Of a DNA stretch of 64,000 bases, positions 21,431 through 29,730 are shown one piece after another. Origin of the DNA: an uncultured delta proteobacterium (GTDB lineage Bacteria; Desulfobacterota; Syntrophia; Syntrophales; Fen-1087); NCBI GenBank assembly GCA_963708515.1, contig CAVPSX010000012.1, positions 341,247 to 405,246 on the forward strand, read 5' to 3'. Under the pieces are notes generated by a model, which was not told the DNA's origin, ran no database searches, and worked only from the letters and a program-made list of their open reading frames with translations. The translations under genes were made by a program, and so were the position numbers. Numbering within the stretch: the stretch's first letter is position 1; the number at the start of each line of letters is the position of its first letter.

Positions 21431-21703
21431 ATGGAACCCAAACAGATTGCAAAGCAGCTGATTCAGTTCAACAAGGCCGCTTTCGACAACACCTTTGACG
21501 CGATGACTGTGCTGCAGGAGCAGATGGAAAAAATGATGGACATGTATCTGGGACAGTCACCCCTGCTCCCCGCAGAGGGAAAAAAGGCGATCAGCGACTG
21601 GCTCAAGGCCTATAAGAAAGGCCGTGCGGACTTCAAGGCTGCAGCGGATGAAAATTACAAGAAGGTAGAGGAATTTTTTACAGGTTATGGCAAAGGGAAA
21701 TGA
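21431..21703 (+). CDS. Small helical protein, phasin-like in composition (function unknown)
   Basis: 90 aa with a strong RBS (AAAGGAG). The helical repeat composition (QLIQFNKAAFDNTFDAMTVLQEQMEKMM...DWLKAYKKGRADFKAAADENYKKVEEFF) resembles phasin-type granule proteins. This is a weak, by-eye call. Confidence 0.45.
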   Translation: MEPKQIAKQLIQFNKAAFDNTFDAMTVLQEQMEKMMDMYLGQSPLLPAEGKKAISDWLKAYKKGRADFKAAADENYKKVEEFFTGYGKGK

Positions 21704-21891
21704 AGATCCAGGAGATACGCAAGATTGCAAAGCCCTGGGGGGTTGATGCGCGGATAGGCCGTTCCAAGCAGGATATTATCCGGGATATTCAGATCCGCGA
21801 GGGTTATTCGCCCTGCTTCAGAACAAAGGAAACCTGCGAATATGACTGCTTGTGGAAGACAGACTGTTTATACAATTCCAGGCAGCGCTAA
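21700..21891 (+). CDS. Small protein with an N-terminal SAP/Rho_N-like helix-extended-helix and a C-terminal 4-Cys motif
   Basis: MKIQEIRKIAKPWGV...SKQDIIRDIQ resembles a Rho_N/SAP domain. This is followed by CF-x6-C-x3-C-x5-C. The start forms an ATGA overlap with the upstream ORF. Confidence 0.6.
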   Translation: MKIQEIRKIAKPWGVDARIGRSKQDIIRDIQIREGYSPCFRTKETCEYDCLWKTDCLYNSRQR

Positions 21892-22068
21892 GCCTCCGTC
21901 ATGAGCGGTGACGGGCAAGATTTAAACCCATCTTACATAACACCAGCGGGCTTCATCACTCAGTCAGATGGAGGTTTTGAAAAAAAGAGGCATCTGGCTA
22001 AGGCTGGAAACAGCGTCTTTATGCAAAAGAGGCACGCATGTTCTCGCCGCGAAGAAAGGAGACTGGAT

Positions 22069-22728
22069 ATGAGCATCCAAGAACAAATTGGGGAAATGCC
22101 TTTTTCAGAGCAGCATGACAAATGGCGCAATGAGAGTGCAGAACTAATGCGCAACGGGTTTAACATGTACAACAAAATGATCAATGCCTGGCTGAACACC
22201 GGCGGGGAGTCACCTGAAGAGAGATCCGGTGTTACGGTGGATGCCTGGTTTGAATGGTTTTCAGACTTTAACATGATCATGTATAATGCTCTCCCCGATC
22301 CTCTGAATATGACCCGGCATACAAGAACAACAGGGTCAGATTCCCGGGAAGCACTTTTCAATTACTGGAAGAAGTTTCTTCACGCATCGCCGTCAGATCC
22401 TGCTTTTTTGCAACATGGAATCGATGAATTCATCGAGCGTTCCAAAGCCTGGCAAAAGAATTATATCAAGTTTCACGACGCTTGGATAAAGTGCCTGGAA
22501 AAGGTCTCCGATGCCTATAAATCCGGCGGTGACAGCTCACAGCAGGCAAGAAAAGCCGTGAAGGCCTGTATGGAATCCTGTGAAGAATTCATGGGTCTCT
22601 GGCGTCAGTATGCGCAAAAACAGGCGGAGGAATTATTCAGATTCTCGAAGTCACTGCCGGAAAAGACGGAGGGAAAAGAAGTCACGCAAAAAACCATAAA
22701 GAAAGTAAATAAAGGCAAGTACGCATAA
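22069..22728 (+). CDS. Hypothetical Trp-rich protein (PhaE-like flavour only)
   Basis: AAAGGAGA lies 8 nt upstream of ATG 22069, and the longer 21901 start lacks an RBS. The protein is rich in W/F/Q helices and has a lysine-rich C-terminus. I recognised no domain confidently. Confidence 0.55.
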   Translation: MSIQEQIGEMPFSEQHDKWRNESAELMRNGFNMYNKMINAWLNTGGESPEERSGVTVDAWFEWFSDFNMIMYNALPDPLNMTRHTRTTGSDSREALFNYWKKFLHASPSDPAFLQHGIDEFIERSKAWQKNYIKFHDAWIKCLEKVSDAYKSGGDSSQQARKAVKACMESCEEFMGLWRQYAQKQAEELFRFSKSLPEKTEGKEVTQKTIKKVNKGKYA

Positions 22729-22807
22729 CAGCACTATCGTCAAAGAAGACGTCCTCCGCACATAATCCGGTAGAGTTATATCAGCGGTGAAGGGTGACAG
22801 GCTGCTC

Positions 22808-23824
22808 TCATGATCCGCGTATTTCCTTTGTTTCATAGCCCTGCGTTGTATAGAAAACGGCCTTGTCGAAGAAAATGACGATTCGTCGGTTCAGTTCCAG
22901 GGTCATATAAATATCGATTGTTTTTTGCCACATGCCCTGGGAGAGGGCAAATTCCCAGAGATGTTTCTTGATCAGGCTCAGGGTGCTCAGCACGTTGCTT
23001 AAGGCGATGCAGTCCTTCCGGCTTTCCTGTCCTAAAGCGCTGAAATACTCGCGAAACTCAGAGTCTTTATAGACACCACCCATCCAGCTTCCAAAATGGG
23101 AGAGGATGCTGCAAACATCCCCAAACAAACGCGAGTGATCAAAATGACGGAAACCCGCTGTGGAGGGGTTGGTCAGGGCGTCATTGATCCAGATCCGGGC
23201 AATGGTTTCCGCATTCCTTTCAATGACGTCCACCAGTTTGTCGGACAGGAGATTCTGTTCAACAGGCCTCGCGTTATCTTTGCCGAGAGACTTGCTGAAA
23301 GAGTCGATAATCGCCCAGTACTCGGATTTGCCGGCCACGTAATACTGCATGGCCTTCCTGTTTGAGGGAAATGCCAGGCGGGGAAGGTCATCAATGGGGA
23401 AAAATCCGGCCTTAACGGTATCGCTGCCGGGTTGCACGATCCCCCCGGTCTGTTCCACTTCAAAGGTGATGAATATAAGATCTCCGTAGAAGCGGCTCTT
23501 GTAGGAGTGTACGTCCACGAGACTCAGGATCCGGCCTTCGACGCCGGCTTCTTCCGTCAATTCCCGCAGAGCTGCATTCTGTATGCTCTCGCCGGTCTCG
23601 GCAAATCCGGAGGGCAGGCACCAGACCCCCTTGTAGGGTCGTTTCCCCCGCTTTACAAGCAGAACCTGACGATCTTGGGCGACGATCGTTGAGACAACGG
23701 GCAGCGGATTCATGTAAAAGAACAGATTACAGGTCGGGCAAAAATCCCGCTGAATGCCATCTTCTGTTTTCAGCGAGACGGACCCGCCACAGAAGTGGCA
23801 AAAAAGCCTGTTCCATTTTTTCAT
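22808..23824 (-). CDS. NUDIX hydrolase with an N-terminal zinc ribbon and an uncharacterised ~170-aa C-terminal domain
   Basis: Zinc ribbon CHFCG...CPTC. The NUDIX box is GFAETGESIQNAALRELTEEAGV. The C-terminal helical domain (NAETIARIWINDALTNPSTAGFRHF...) looks RsbRD_N-like, but only tentatively. Confidence 0.8.
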   Translation of the reverse strand: MKKWNRLFCHFCGGSVSLKTEDGIQRDFCPTCNLFFYMNPLPVVSTIVAQDRQVLLVKRGKRPYKGVWCLPSGFAETGESIQNAALRELTEEAGVEGRILSLVDVHSYKSRFYGDLIFITFEVEQTGGIVQPGSDTVKAGFFPIDDLPRLAFPSNRKAMQYYVAGKSEYWAIIDSFSKSLGKDNARPVEQNLLSDKLVDVIERNAETIARIWINDALTNPSTAGFRHFDHSRLFGDVCSILSHFGSWMGGVYKDSEFREYFSALGQESRKDCIALSNVLSTLSLIKKHLWEFALSQGMWQKTIDIYMTLELNRRIVIFFDKAVFYTTQGYETKEIRGS

Positions 23825-24669
23825 GCCTTAGCGCCTCCATACCGGGGCAATGAACAGATGAAAATACGGTCGTCCTTCGAGATGGTCATGCCGTTTCGCT
23901 CAGAGGAGGCCTGCCGAAGATTTTCGAGGAGCACGGGGAGGATGGCCTCCGCATCGAACCCCGCATCCGTCAGATAAAGGGGGCTTTTGAACCGGAAATA
24001 CGCAAGCAGATACTCGCTATCCTCCCTGGAGAAAACGAGCACATTGTTGAAGTCGATAACGCTTATTTTACTGAACCAGGGTTTAAGCAATGATTCTCCG
24101 TTGTCTGATGAGAACCTGTTGTTGATTATTTGCAACGGCAGGTCCTTCGCCTGCAACAGCCCATTTGCCTCAAGTATCGTTTTGGCCAGATCTATCAATT
24201 CGCCGGTGTTTCGCCGGCAGTGCGTAACAACGGCAAAAAAACCATCCGGGCGCAACAGGCGTGTGACTTCCGGAATCACCTCCGGGAAAAAATACAGGGC
24301 ATAAGAACACAGGACCAGATCAAAGGATTTCTCAGGAAAGGTTTTCAGGATCGGCGAGCCTGTCGAAAAAAACCGCCCCTGAATGGACGCTCTCCTGCAG
24401 GCCTCCAGGTAGAGGGGCTCATAGGCCGCGATGATATCAATGCCCGTAGCGGTCGCCTCCGGGGACACCCTGCCCTTGAGCTTCTCGGTGAAAGACCCGA
24501 AGGCACAGCCTAAATCGAGAACTTGCCGGCAGTTTGCGAGTTCAAGCCCTTCCAGGGCGATCTTCTGGACATTGCCTTTGTTTGTCGAAAATCGCTGGAT
24601 GAGATCAGCAACGCGCCGGTGTTCATGGACATCGCGGAAGACTTTTTCGATTTGAAGCTGTTCGGACAT
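23821..24669 (-). CDS. Class I SAM-dependent methyltransferase
   Basis: Motif I is VLDLGCAFGSF. The start is trimmed to MSEQLQIEK (ATG 24669), because the upstream 104 codons of the ORF-track version run through a repeat element. Its stop overlaps the NUDIX start (ATGA). Confidence 0.78.
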   Translation of the reverse strand: MSEQLQIEKVFRDVHEHRRVADLIQRFSTNKGNVQKIALEGLELANCRQVLDLGCAFGSFTEKLKGRVSPEATATGIDIIAAYEPLYLEACRRASIQGRFFSTGSPILKTFPEKSFDLVLCSYALYFFPEVIPEVTRLLRPDGFFAVVTHCRRNTGELIDLAKTILEANGLLQAKDLPLQIINNRFSSDNGESLLKPWFSKISVIDFNNVLVFSREDSEYLLAYFRFKSPLYLTDAGFDAEAILPVLLENLRQASSERNGMTISKDDRIFICSLPRYGGAKA

Positions 24670-24733
24670 CTTGCCGCTCCCTGAAGAGATTACTCCGGCA
24701 ACAATACAATATATGTCAAAGCCGTCATTCCCG

Positions 24734-24794
24734 CGAAGGGGGGAATCCAGAATTGGACTGGATGCCGGATCGAGTCCGGCATGACATTTGATAT
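24734..24794. repeat. 61-bp REP/MITE-like palindromic element (GTCATTCCCGCGAAGGGGGGAATCCAG...GATGCCGGATCGAGTCCGGCATGAC)
   Basis: It has terminal GTCAT/ATGAC inverted ends and three internal hairpins. Its reverse translation gives LDSPLRGNDG, the signature of a widespread intergenic repeat family that generates spurious ORFs. Confidence 0.7.
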
Positions 24795-25046
24795 GTTTAA
24801 TTGCCGAGGTAATAATACAAACGTTTTTCCACCGCACACTGCCCGATTGCTTCGCCTTGACGGATTCACCTTTTTGTGGTCGCATTATAGAGGCATGCTT
24901 TCTGCGTGTCAAGAAAATGACCTCATCTGAATCACTCCTGACGGTTCGGCAATATCTCGTCGTGCAATATCTCGTTGACACACAGGGTCATCGCTTTTAT
25001 ACTCATGACAAAAGCCTTATATAGCCGCCGAAAGCATGGGTGACCC

Positions 25047-26753
25047 ATGAGAATCATATACATCGCCGATATCCACGGGGCCTTTGACAGGATCGGGCAG
25101 CTTCTGGATGCGACAGACGCCGATACTTATATCATCGGCGGAGACCTGATCGACCTGCCCTTCTATACCATGAACACGGCCATGCATTATCACGATCTGC
25201 AAACCTATTTTCATGGTTTGCGGCGCAGGATGAACAAGCCGGACGATCTGCTGGAGGACTTTGTCGATCGCCTCCTGCTGACGCCCGACCTGCCTGACGA
25301 TATCCAGGAAAAAGGGGCGCGCTTTCAGCAGTACACCATCCGCGCCCGCCGTGTGATGCAGCAGAAATACAAGGTTCTGGAAAATATCCTCTCCCTGAAA
25401 ACGGAGGCTCCCTGCTTCTGTCTCCCGGGTAATTATGACATGGATCTCAAATACACCTCACTGCATCACCGTGATCTGCATCTTCAGAGCCGGTTCTTGG
25501 GTCATCTGAATATCAGTGGTTACGGCGGCGCCGGCGGCTGGACCCAGGGGATCCCCGAACGGTATGTGATCCGCAGTCGCTCCGACCATTCTTTTTCCGA
25601 AAGAGACCATGAAATGATCCGCTTTTTCGAAGCGGCCCAGCCGGATCTGATCGTCACCCATCAGCCCGCCCACGGTTTTCATGATCAGGTCACGCCGATG
25701 GGAGAAACGGGTTCCGCGGCGCTGCTGAATTACTGCGAAACCCATGACGTCCTGGCCCTTCTCACGGGGCACATCCATGAGCAATGGGGCTTTGCCGAAA
25801 GTGAGGGGACGATCTATCTGAACCCATCGAATTTCGGAGACGTTGCTCAGATCAGCGGTCGGGTTGCCGAAGGTGGATTCTTTCATGAGATCGAAGTCGA
25901 TAAAAAAAGAATCGAGCACGTGACCTATAAAAAACTGGCCGGTCGGGCTATTTATGACATCATGGTCTATGACCGCCACGAAGACGCCTGGCAAAGCCGG
26001 GTTGTTGACAAGGGGCGCTACGGCGCCCACCTGCGAGGCCAGACCTATGACCACCAACCGGCCTCGGGGGATCATGTGTCTGTCCCTGAATGGTCCGGGG
26101 ACGCACAGGCCCTTTACCGCGATTCTCTGGTTGATACCGGAGATGCCGTCGCCGAGCCTGTGAAAGAAGCCTTGCGGACCCTGGATACCAGGGAGAATCT
26201 CCCTTTTTCGCTGGACATCGTCGGATCGGCCCACGACGGGTTGAGCGATTCCCAATCGGAGCTTGACCTTGTGCTTTACCTGCGGTGCGGGAAATCCGAT
26301 GCGGATAAGACCTGTTTTCGCGGATCATTCTCGGACTGCCCCCATTTTGCCGCAGCGTGGGCGATGCTCCGGGAATGTATCGGCCCACGGATCGCCTTTG
26401 AAATCGCGGACTGCATCGACTTGAATCATGTGGAAAAGAGCATTCGCACCGGAAATTATGAATGTGAAATGACGCAACGTTTCGTTGTTTACCGCTCGAT
26501 GGGTCACCCGCTCCACGCCGCCCATCTGGCGCAGACGGAAGACCTGCTGAGCCGGAACAGCGACTTCAGGCAGGAGCTTGACGGCAGTATCCGTTCCTAT
26601 TTCCGCATTTTTATGACAACGGCCGGGCGCATCCCGTCGTTCAGCACATACGAATCGCATCTGCATGCCATCGGTATTCGTCTCCCCGGGGCGATGCGGG
26701 CGCGTATCCGGGCTTATCTGGAAAGACGGCATGCAGAGGGCGACAGATTGTAA
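25047..26753 (+). CDS. Fusion protein: N-terminal calcineurin-like metallophosphoesterase plus C-terminal Pol-beta-type nucleotidyltransferase-like domain
   Basis: The full MPE motif set is present (DIHG; GGDLID; GNYD; THQPAHG; GHIH). The C-terminal region has an NTase-like G-S...(S)ELDLVL motif (LDIVGSAHDGLSDSQSELDLVLYL) and a later acidic residue (FEIADCIDL). Confidence 0.68.
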   Translation: MRIIYIADIHGAFDRIGQLLDATDADTYIIGGDLIDLPFYTMNTAMHYHDLQTYFHGLRRRMNKPDDLLEDFVDRLLLTPDLPDDIQEKGARFQQYTIRARRVMQQKYKVLENILSLKTEAPCFCLPGNYDMDLKYTSLHHRDLHLQSRFLGHLNISGYGGAGGWTQGIPERYVIRSRSDHSFSERDHEMIRFFEAAQPDLIVTHQPAHGFHDQVTPMGETGSAALLNYCETHDVLALLTGHIHEQWGFAESEGTIYLNPSNFGDVAQISGRVAEGGFFHEIEVDKKRIEHVTYKKLAGRAIYDIMVYDRHEDAWQSRVVDKGRYGAHLRGQTYDHQPASGDHVSVPEWSGDAQALYRDSLVDTGDAVAEPVKEALRTLDTRENLPFSLDIVGSAHDGLSDSQSELDLVLYLRCGKSDADKTCFRGSFSDCPHFAAAWAMLRECIGPRIAFEIADCIDLNHVEKSIRTGNYECEMTQRFVVYRSMGHPLHAAHLAQTEDLLSRNSDFRQELDGSIRSYFRIFMTTAGRIPSFSTYESHLHAIGIRLPGAMRARIRAYLERRHAEGDRL

Positions 26754-26764
26754 GAAGAAAAAAA

Positions 26765-27766
26765 ATGGAAAATAAAACCGCTGGCATGATTGAAACAAAG
26801 ATGATCGCCAGGCTCGTGAATCGCTATCAGTTTTCACTGGCCATTGAAGAGGCTTATGCCGTGACGGCTCAGAGCCTGGGCACATTGCTGTCCGAAGACA
26901 GCGGCATCCTGTATCTGAAAGACGCTCGCCTGGATCTCTATCATCCCATCGCTACATGGGGAAAGACGGCGGAGCCGCCTAAATCCATCAGCAGCCAGGA
27001 TTGCTGGGCTCTGAGGCGCGGCCGCAGGCACAAGGTCGTTGCCGGTTCCGATGACATCCGCTGCAGTCACATGATCTCGCCGCCTGCCGACAGTTCTTCC
27101 CTGTGTGTGCCCATTATGACTTTCGGTGAACCCCTGGGTATGCTACATTTCTCGTCACGGCAGGACAATCATTGTTTCCCGGAAAAACAACAGACCGTAG
27201 GACTCATCGCCGATTTGCTCGCCATGGCCATCGTCAATATCCGCCTGCGCGACCGCATTCAGGACATGGTTGAACGCGATTATCTGACAGGGCTTTACAA
27301 TCGCAAGCATGCAGAGGAACACTTCAGCCGGCTTCTGAAAACAGCCTCCCGCGAAAACAAATCCATCGGCCTGATCATGATGGATATCGATCACTTCGGT
27401 TATTTCACAGAAAACTATGGTTATGGGACGGCGCATGCCGTTCTGCGTGACATAGGCGCCTTTTTGAACGAATACCTGCACAGTGAAGATCTGCCCTGCA
27501 AATTCGGCGGTGATGAGTTCCTGCTGATCCTTCCTGGGAATTCCCTGGAAGCCTCCCGAAAACGGGCCGAGCATATTTGTGATTTGCTAAAAGACCGGGC
27601 CCAGTACGAAGGCCATCGGCACATGCGACGAATTACGCTTTCGATCGGCGTGGCCGCCTTTCCCGATCATGGCACGACAACGGGCGACCTGATTCAGAGC
27701 GTCATCAACGCGGTCAAGCGGGCCAAGGAAGCCGGCCGCGATCGGGTTGCGGTTGCAGAGGAATAA
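26765..27766 (+). CDS. GAF-domain diguanylate cyclase (GGDEF)
   Basis: N-terminal GAF-like domain. The GGDEF domain has DYLTGLYNR, an intact GGDEF active site (CKFGGDEFLLIL), and RxxD absent or unclear. Confidence 0.88.
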   Translation: MENKTAGMIETKMIARLVNRYQFSLAIEEAYAVTAQSLGTLLSEDSGILYLKDARLDLYHPIATWGKTAEPPKSISSQDCWALRRGRRHKVVAGSDDIRCSHMISPPADSSSLCVPIMTFGEPLGMLHFSSRQDNHCFPEKQQTVGLIADLLAMAIVNIRLRDRIQDMVERDYLTGLYNRKHAEEHFSRLLKTASRENKSIGLIMMDIDHFGYFTENYGYGTAHAVLRDIGAFLNEYLHSEDLPCKFGGDEFLLILPGNSLEASRKRAEHICDLLKDRAQYEGHRHMRRITLSIGVAAFPDHGTTTGDLIQSVINAVKRAKEAGRDRVAVAEE

Positions 27767-27786
27767 GCGGTATATTAGGGGCAACG

Positions 27787-28296
27787 ATGATCCGCGGATT
27801 TGATCCGATAGCGGCGCTGGATGCGAAGGTGCTTGTGCTGGGAACGATCCCGGGCCGGCAGTCACTGGCCATGGGTCAGTACTATGCCAACCCTCAGAAT
27901 GCCTTCTGGTTCATTATGGAGCAGCTGTTCCAACCTAAGACGAAGTTAGACTACGAGGCGCGCGTCGCAATGGTCAAAGCTTCCGGGGTGGCCGTTTGGG
28001 ATGTACTGTTCATCGCCGAGCGAAACCGCAGCGTCGATTCGGCGATCATTGCCGGCTCTGAAGTTCTAAACGATTTCAGTGCGTTTTTCACCCTGCACAA
28101 GCAGATTCGCTCTGTATTCTTCAATGGCGCCAAAGCGGAGGCATTGTTCCGGCGGTTTGCCCTGCCGGGCCTGCCGCAAATCCGCAGCCTGCCTTTGCTG
28201 CGTCTGCCTTCAACCAGCCCTGCAAATGCCCGCCTCACGAGAAACGACAAACGGAAAGCGTGGCAGGCCGTCCGGGATGCCATGAAAGCTGTTTGA
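27787..28296 (+). CDS. DNA-deoxyinosine glycosylase-like (UDG superfamily, hypoxanthine-DNA glycosylase type)
   Basis: Motifs VLVLGTIPGRQSL, QYYANPQNAFW and LPSTSPANA are typical of this UDG family. Confidence 0.68.
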   Translation: MIRGFDPIAALDAKVLVLGTIPGRQSLAMGQYYANPQNAFWFIMEQLFQPKTKLDYEARVAMVKASGVAVWDVLFIAERNRSVDSAIIAGSEVLNDFSAFFTLHKQIRSVFFNGAKAEALFRRFALPGLPQIRSLPLLRLPSTSPANARLTRNDKRKAWQAVRDAMKAV

Positions 28297-28304
28297 CTTG
28301 ACTT

Positions 28305-28718
28305 TCAGTAATATATCTGAATCACTGCTGTCCAAAATAACCTGAAAAAGAGTTTGTTCTTGAACCGAAACCGGCGCTTGCCGAAATCCAATGACCGGCA
28401 TTTGCCCAGAAACTGATAAAAAGTCCTCTCGTATAACTGCCACGGTCGGTGTTCATTGGCATAGGACAAGGTCGATCGCTTTGGAGCCTTCTTCAACCCC
28501 AGATGCTTTGCCTTACCGAAACAGCTGGCCAGACCGCCACAGATCTCTCTCAATGAATGGGCCTGTCCACGCTGACAAAAAAGCATGGCCACAAACTGGT
28601 CCCAGCAACTGAACCCCTTGGCCCCACGTTCAGCCTGGGTCGCATAAACCGCTTCAAAAAACTCTCGTTTCGAAAAAAGGTGTAGAATTTGACCGAAAAT
28701 GCTGTTAAATCTGTTCAT
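28305..28718 (-). mobile_element. IS4-family (DUF4372-type) transposase, N-terminal remnant only
   Basis: MNRFNSIFGQILHLFSKREFFEAV...GFSCWDQFVAMLFCQRGQAHSLREICGGL...STLSYANEHRPW is the conserved DUF4372 / IS4 N-terminus, with a strong AGGAGG RBS. Homology ends after FRFKNKL (about 28330). No DDE catalytic region is present. Confidence 0.8.
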
Positions 28719-28849
28719 CAGGGATGCCTCCTTTTCAGGTGTTTGTCTTCTTATGGCAAAGAAACTCTGCCTGATTGTGTGCACCCTCTTCAATTTAAAA
28801 TCCATTTCGGACAGATGTGAACGAAAATAATGGTCCAAAAGGGGGTAAA

Positions 28850-29719
28850 ATGTGCGCCATCAGTCAGGTTATTCTTCATCATGCCTGCCGCATTGCCGGT
28901 GAGATCGGTGCAAAGGCCGTTCTTGTTTATGCCGCCGTAGCTGACGATCTTCCTGTTGCCGACGACCCCGGCCTATGCATGAATATTATTATCGTCACCA
29001 GGGGGGATGAGGAAATCCCATCGAAATTCAAGAATTGCGGCGTCCAGATTCAAGTCCCCAACGTTAATCTCACGCGTGTCGGACAAATTAAAATCGCGAT
29101 TACGAAGGGCATTGCATTAGGCCTTTTCACACAGGGAGACAAACTGGTGTGCGTAAGCGGCGTCCCGCGGTTTGGCTATGTCGATAGTATTTTCGTCATT
29201 GACGTAGGTAAGGAATTTGAAATTCTGGTTTCCGGCAACTTCAGAGATCTGGCCCAGGGGGTTTATCCGGAAGTTTTCGGCGCGGTTATAAATCTGGCCA
29301 TCGAACTGGCTGCTCAGGGCCGGGAAGGCCGGAAGGTGGGAACGATTTTTGTTCTGGGAGACCATGAAAAGGTCATGCAATTGTCCCGGCAGATGATTAT
29401 CAATCCTTTCATGGGATACACAGACGAGCAGCGAAACATTCTCAATCCGGAACTCAAAGAGACCATCAAGGAGTTTTCCGCCATTGATGGCTCCTTTATC
29501 GTCAAAGACAACGGCACGATTGTTACCGCCGGCAGGCATCTGAATGCCGCAATGGACAGCAGGGATTTTCCCCAGGGACTTGGCAGCCGGCATATCGCCG
29601 CCGCCGGGATCACGAGTATTACCAATGCCATTGCCGTCGTTTTATCCGAATCGACGGGAAACGTCAGCGTTTTTAAAGACGGTAAAATCCTCGTCAGCAT
29701 CGAAAAACCAATCGACTAA
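28850..29719 (+). CDS. DisA_N/DAC-domain protein (diadenylate-cyclase-like, CdaZ/DacZ-type architecture)
   Basis: The C-terminal DAC signature is DGSFIV...[14 protein letters not shown]...[14 protein letters not shown]. The N-terminal alpha/beta domain resembles a pyruvate-kinase C-terminal-like domain. A GGGGGT RBS precedes ATG 28850. Confidence 0.72.
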   Translation: MCAISQVILHHACRIAGEIGAKAVLVYAAVADDLPVADDPGLCMNIIIVTRGDEEIPSKFKNCGVQIQVPNVNLTRVGQIKIAITKGIALGLFTQGDKLVCVSGVPRFGYVDSIFVIDVGKEFEILVSGNFRDLAQGVYPEVFGAVINLAIELAAQGREGRKVGTIFVLGDHEKVMQLSRQMIINPFMGYTDEQRNILNPELKETIKEFSAIDGSFIVKDNGTIVTAGRHLNAAMDSRDFPQGLGSRHIAAAGITSITNAIAVVLSESTGNVSVFKDGKILVSIEKPID

Positions 29720-29730
29720 CAGGAGGCATT

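Noticed and set aside
21901-22728. Calling the Trp-rich protein PhaE and the cassette a PHA synthase locus.
   Set aside because: The resemblance is only compositional. No PhaC catalytic subunit or other PHA gene is present, so the call would be unsupported.
24670-24981. The 104-codon N-terminal extension of the methyltransferase ORF (386 aa in the ORF track).
   Set aside because: The extension runs through the palindromic intergenic repeat (giving the LDSPLRGNDG translation) and has no protein-like composition. The methyltransferase fold begins after MSEQLQIEK at 24669.
28817-28849. The GTG 28817 start for the DAC-domain gene.
   Set aside because: ATG 28850 is preceded by a well-spaced GGGGGT Shine-Dalgarno sequence, whereas the GTG start lies within the IS remnant flank and has none.
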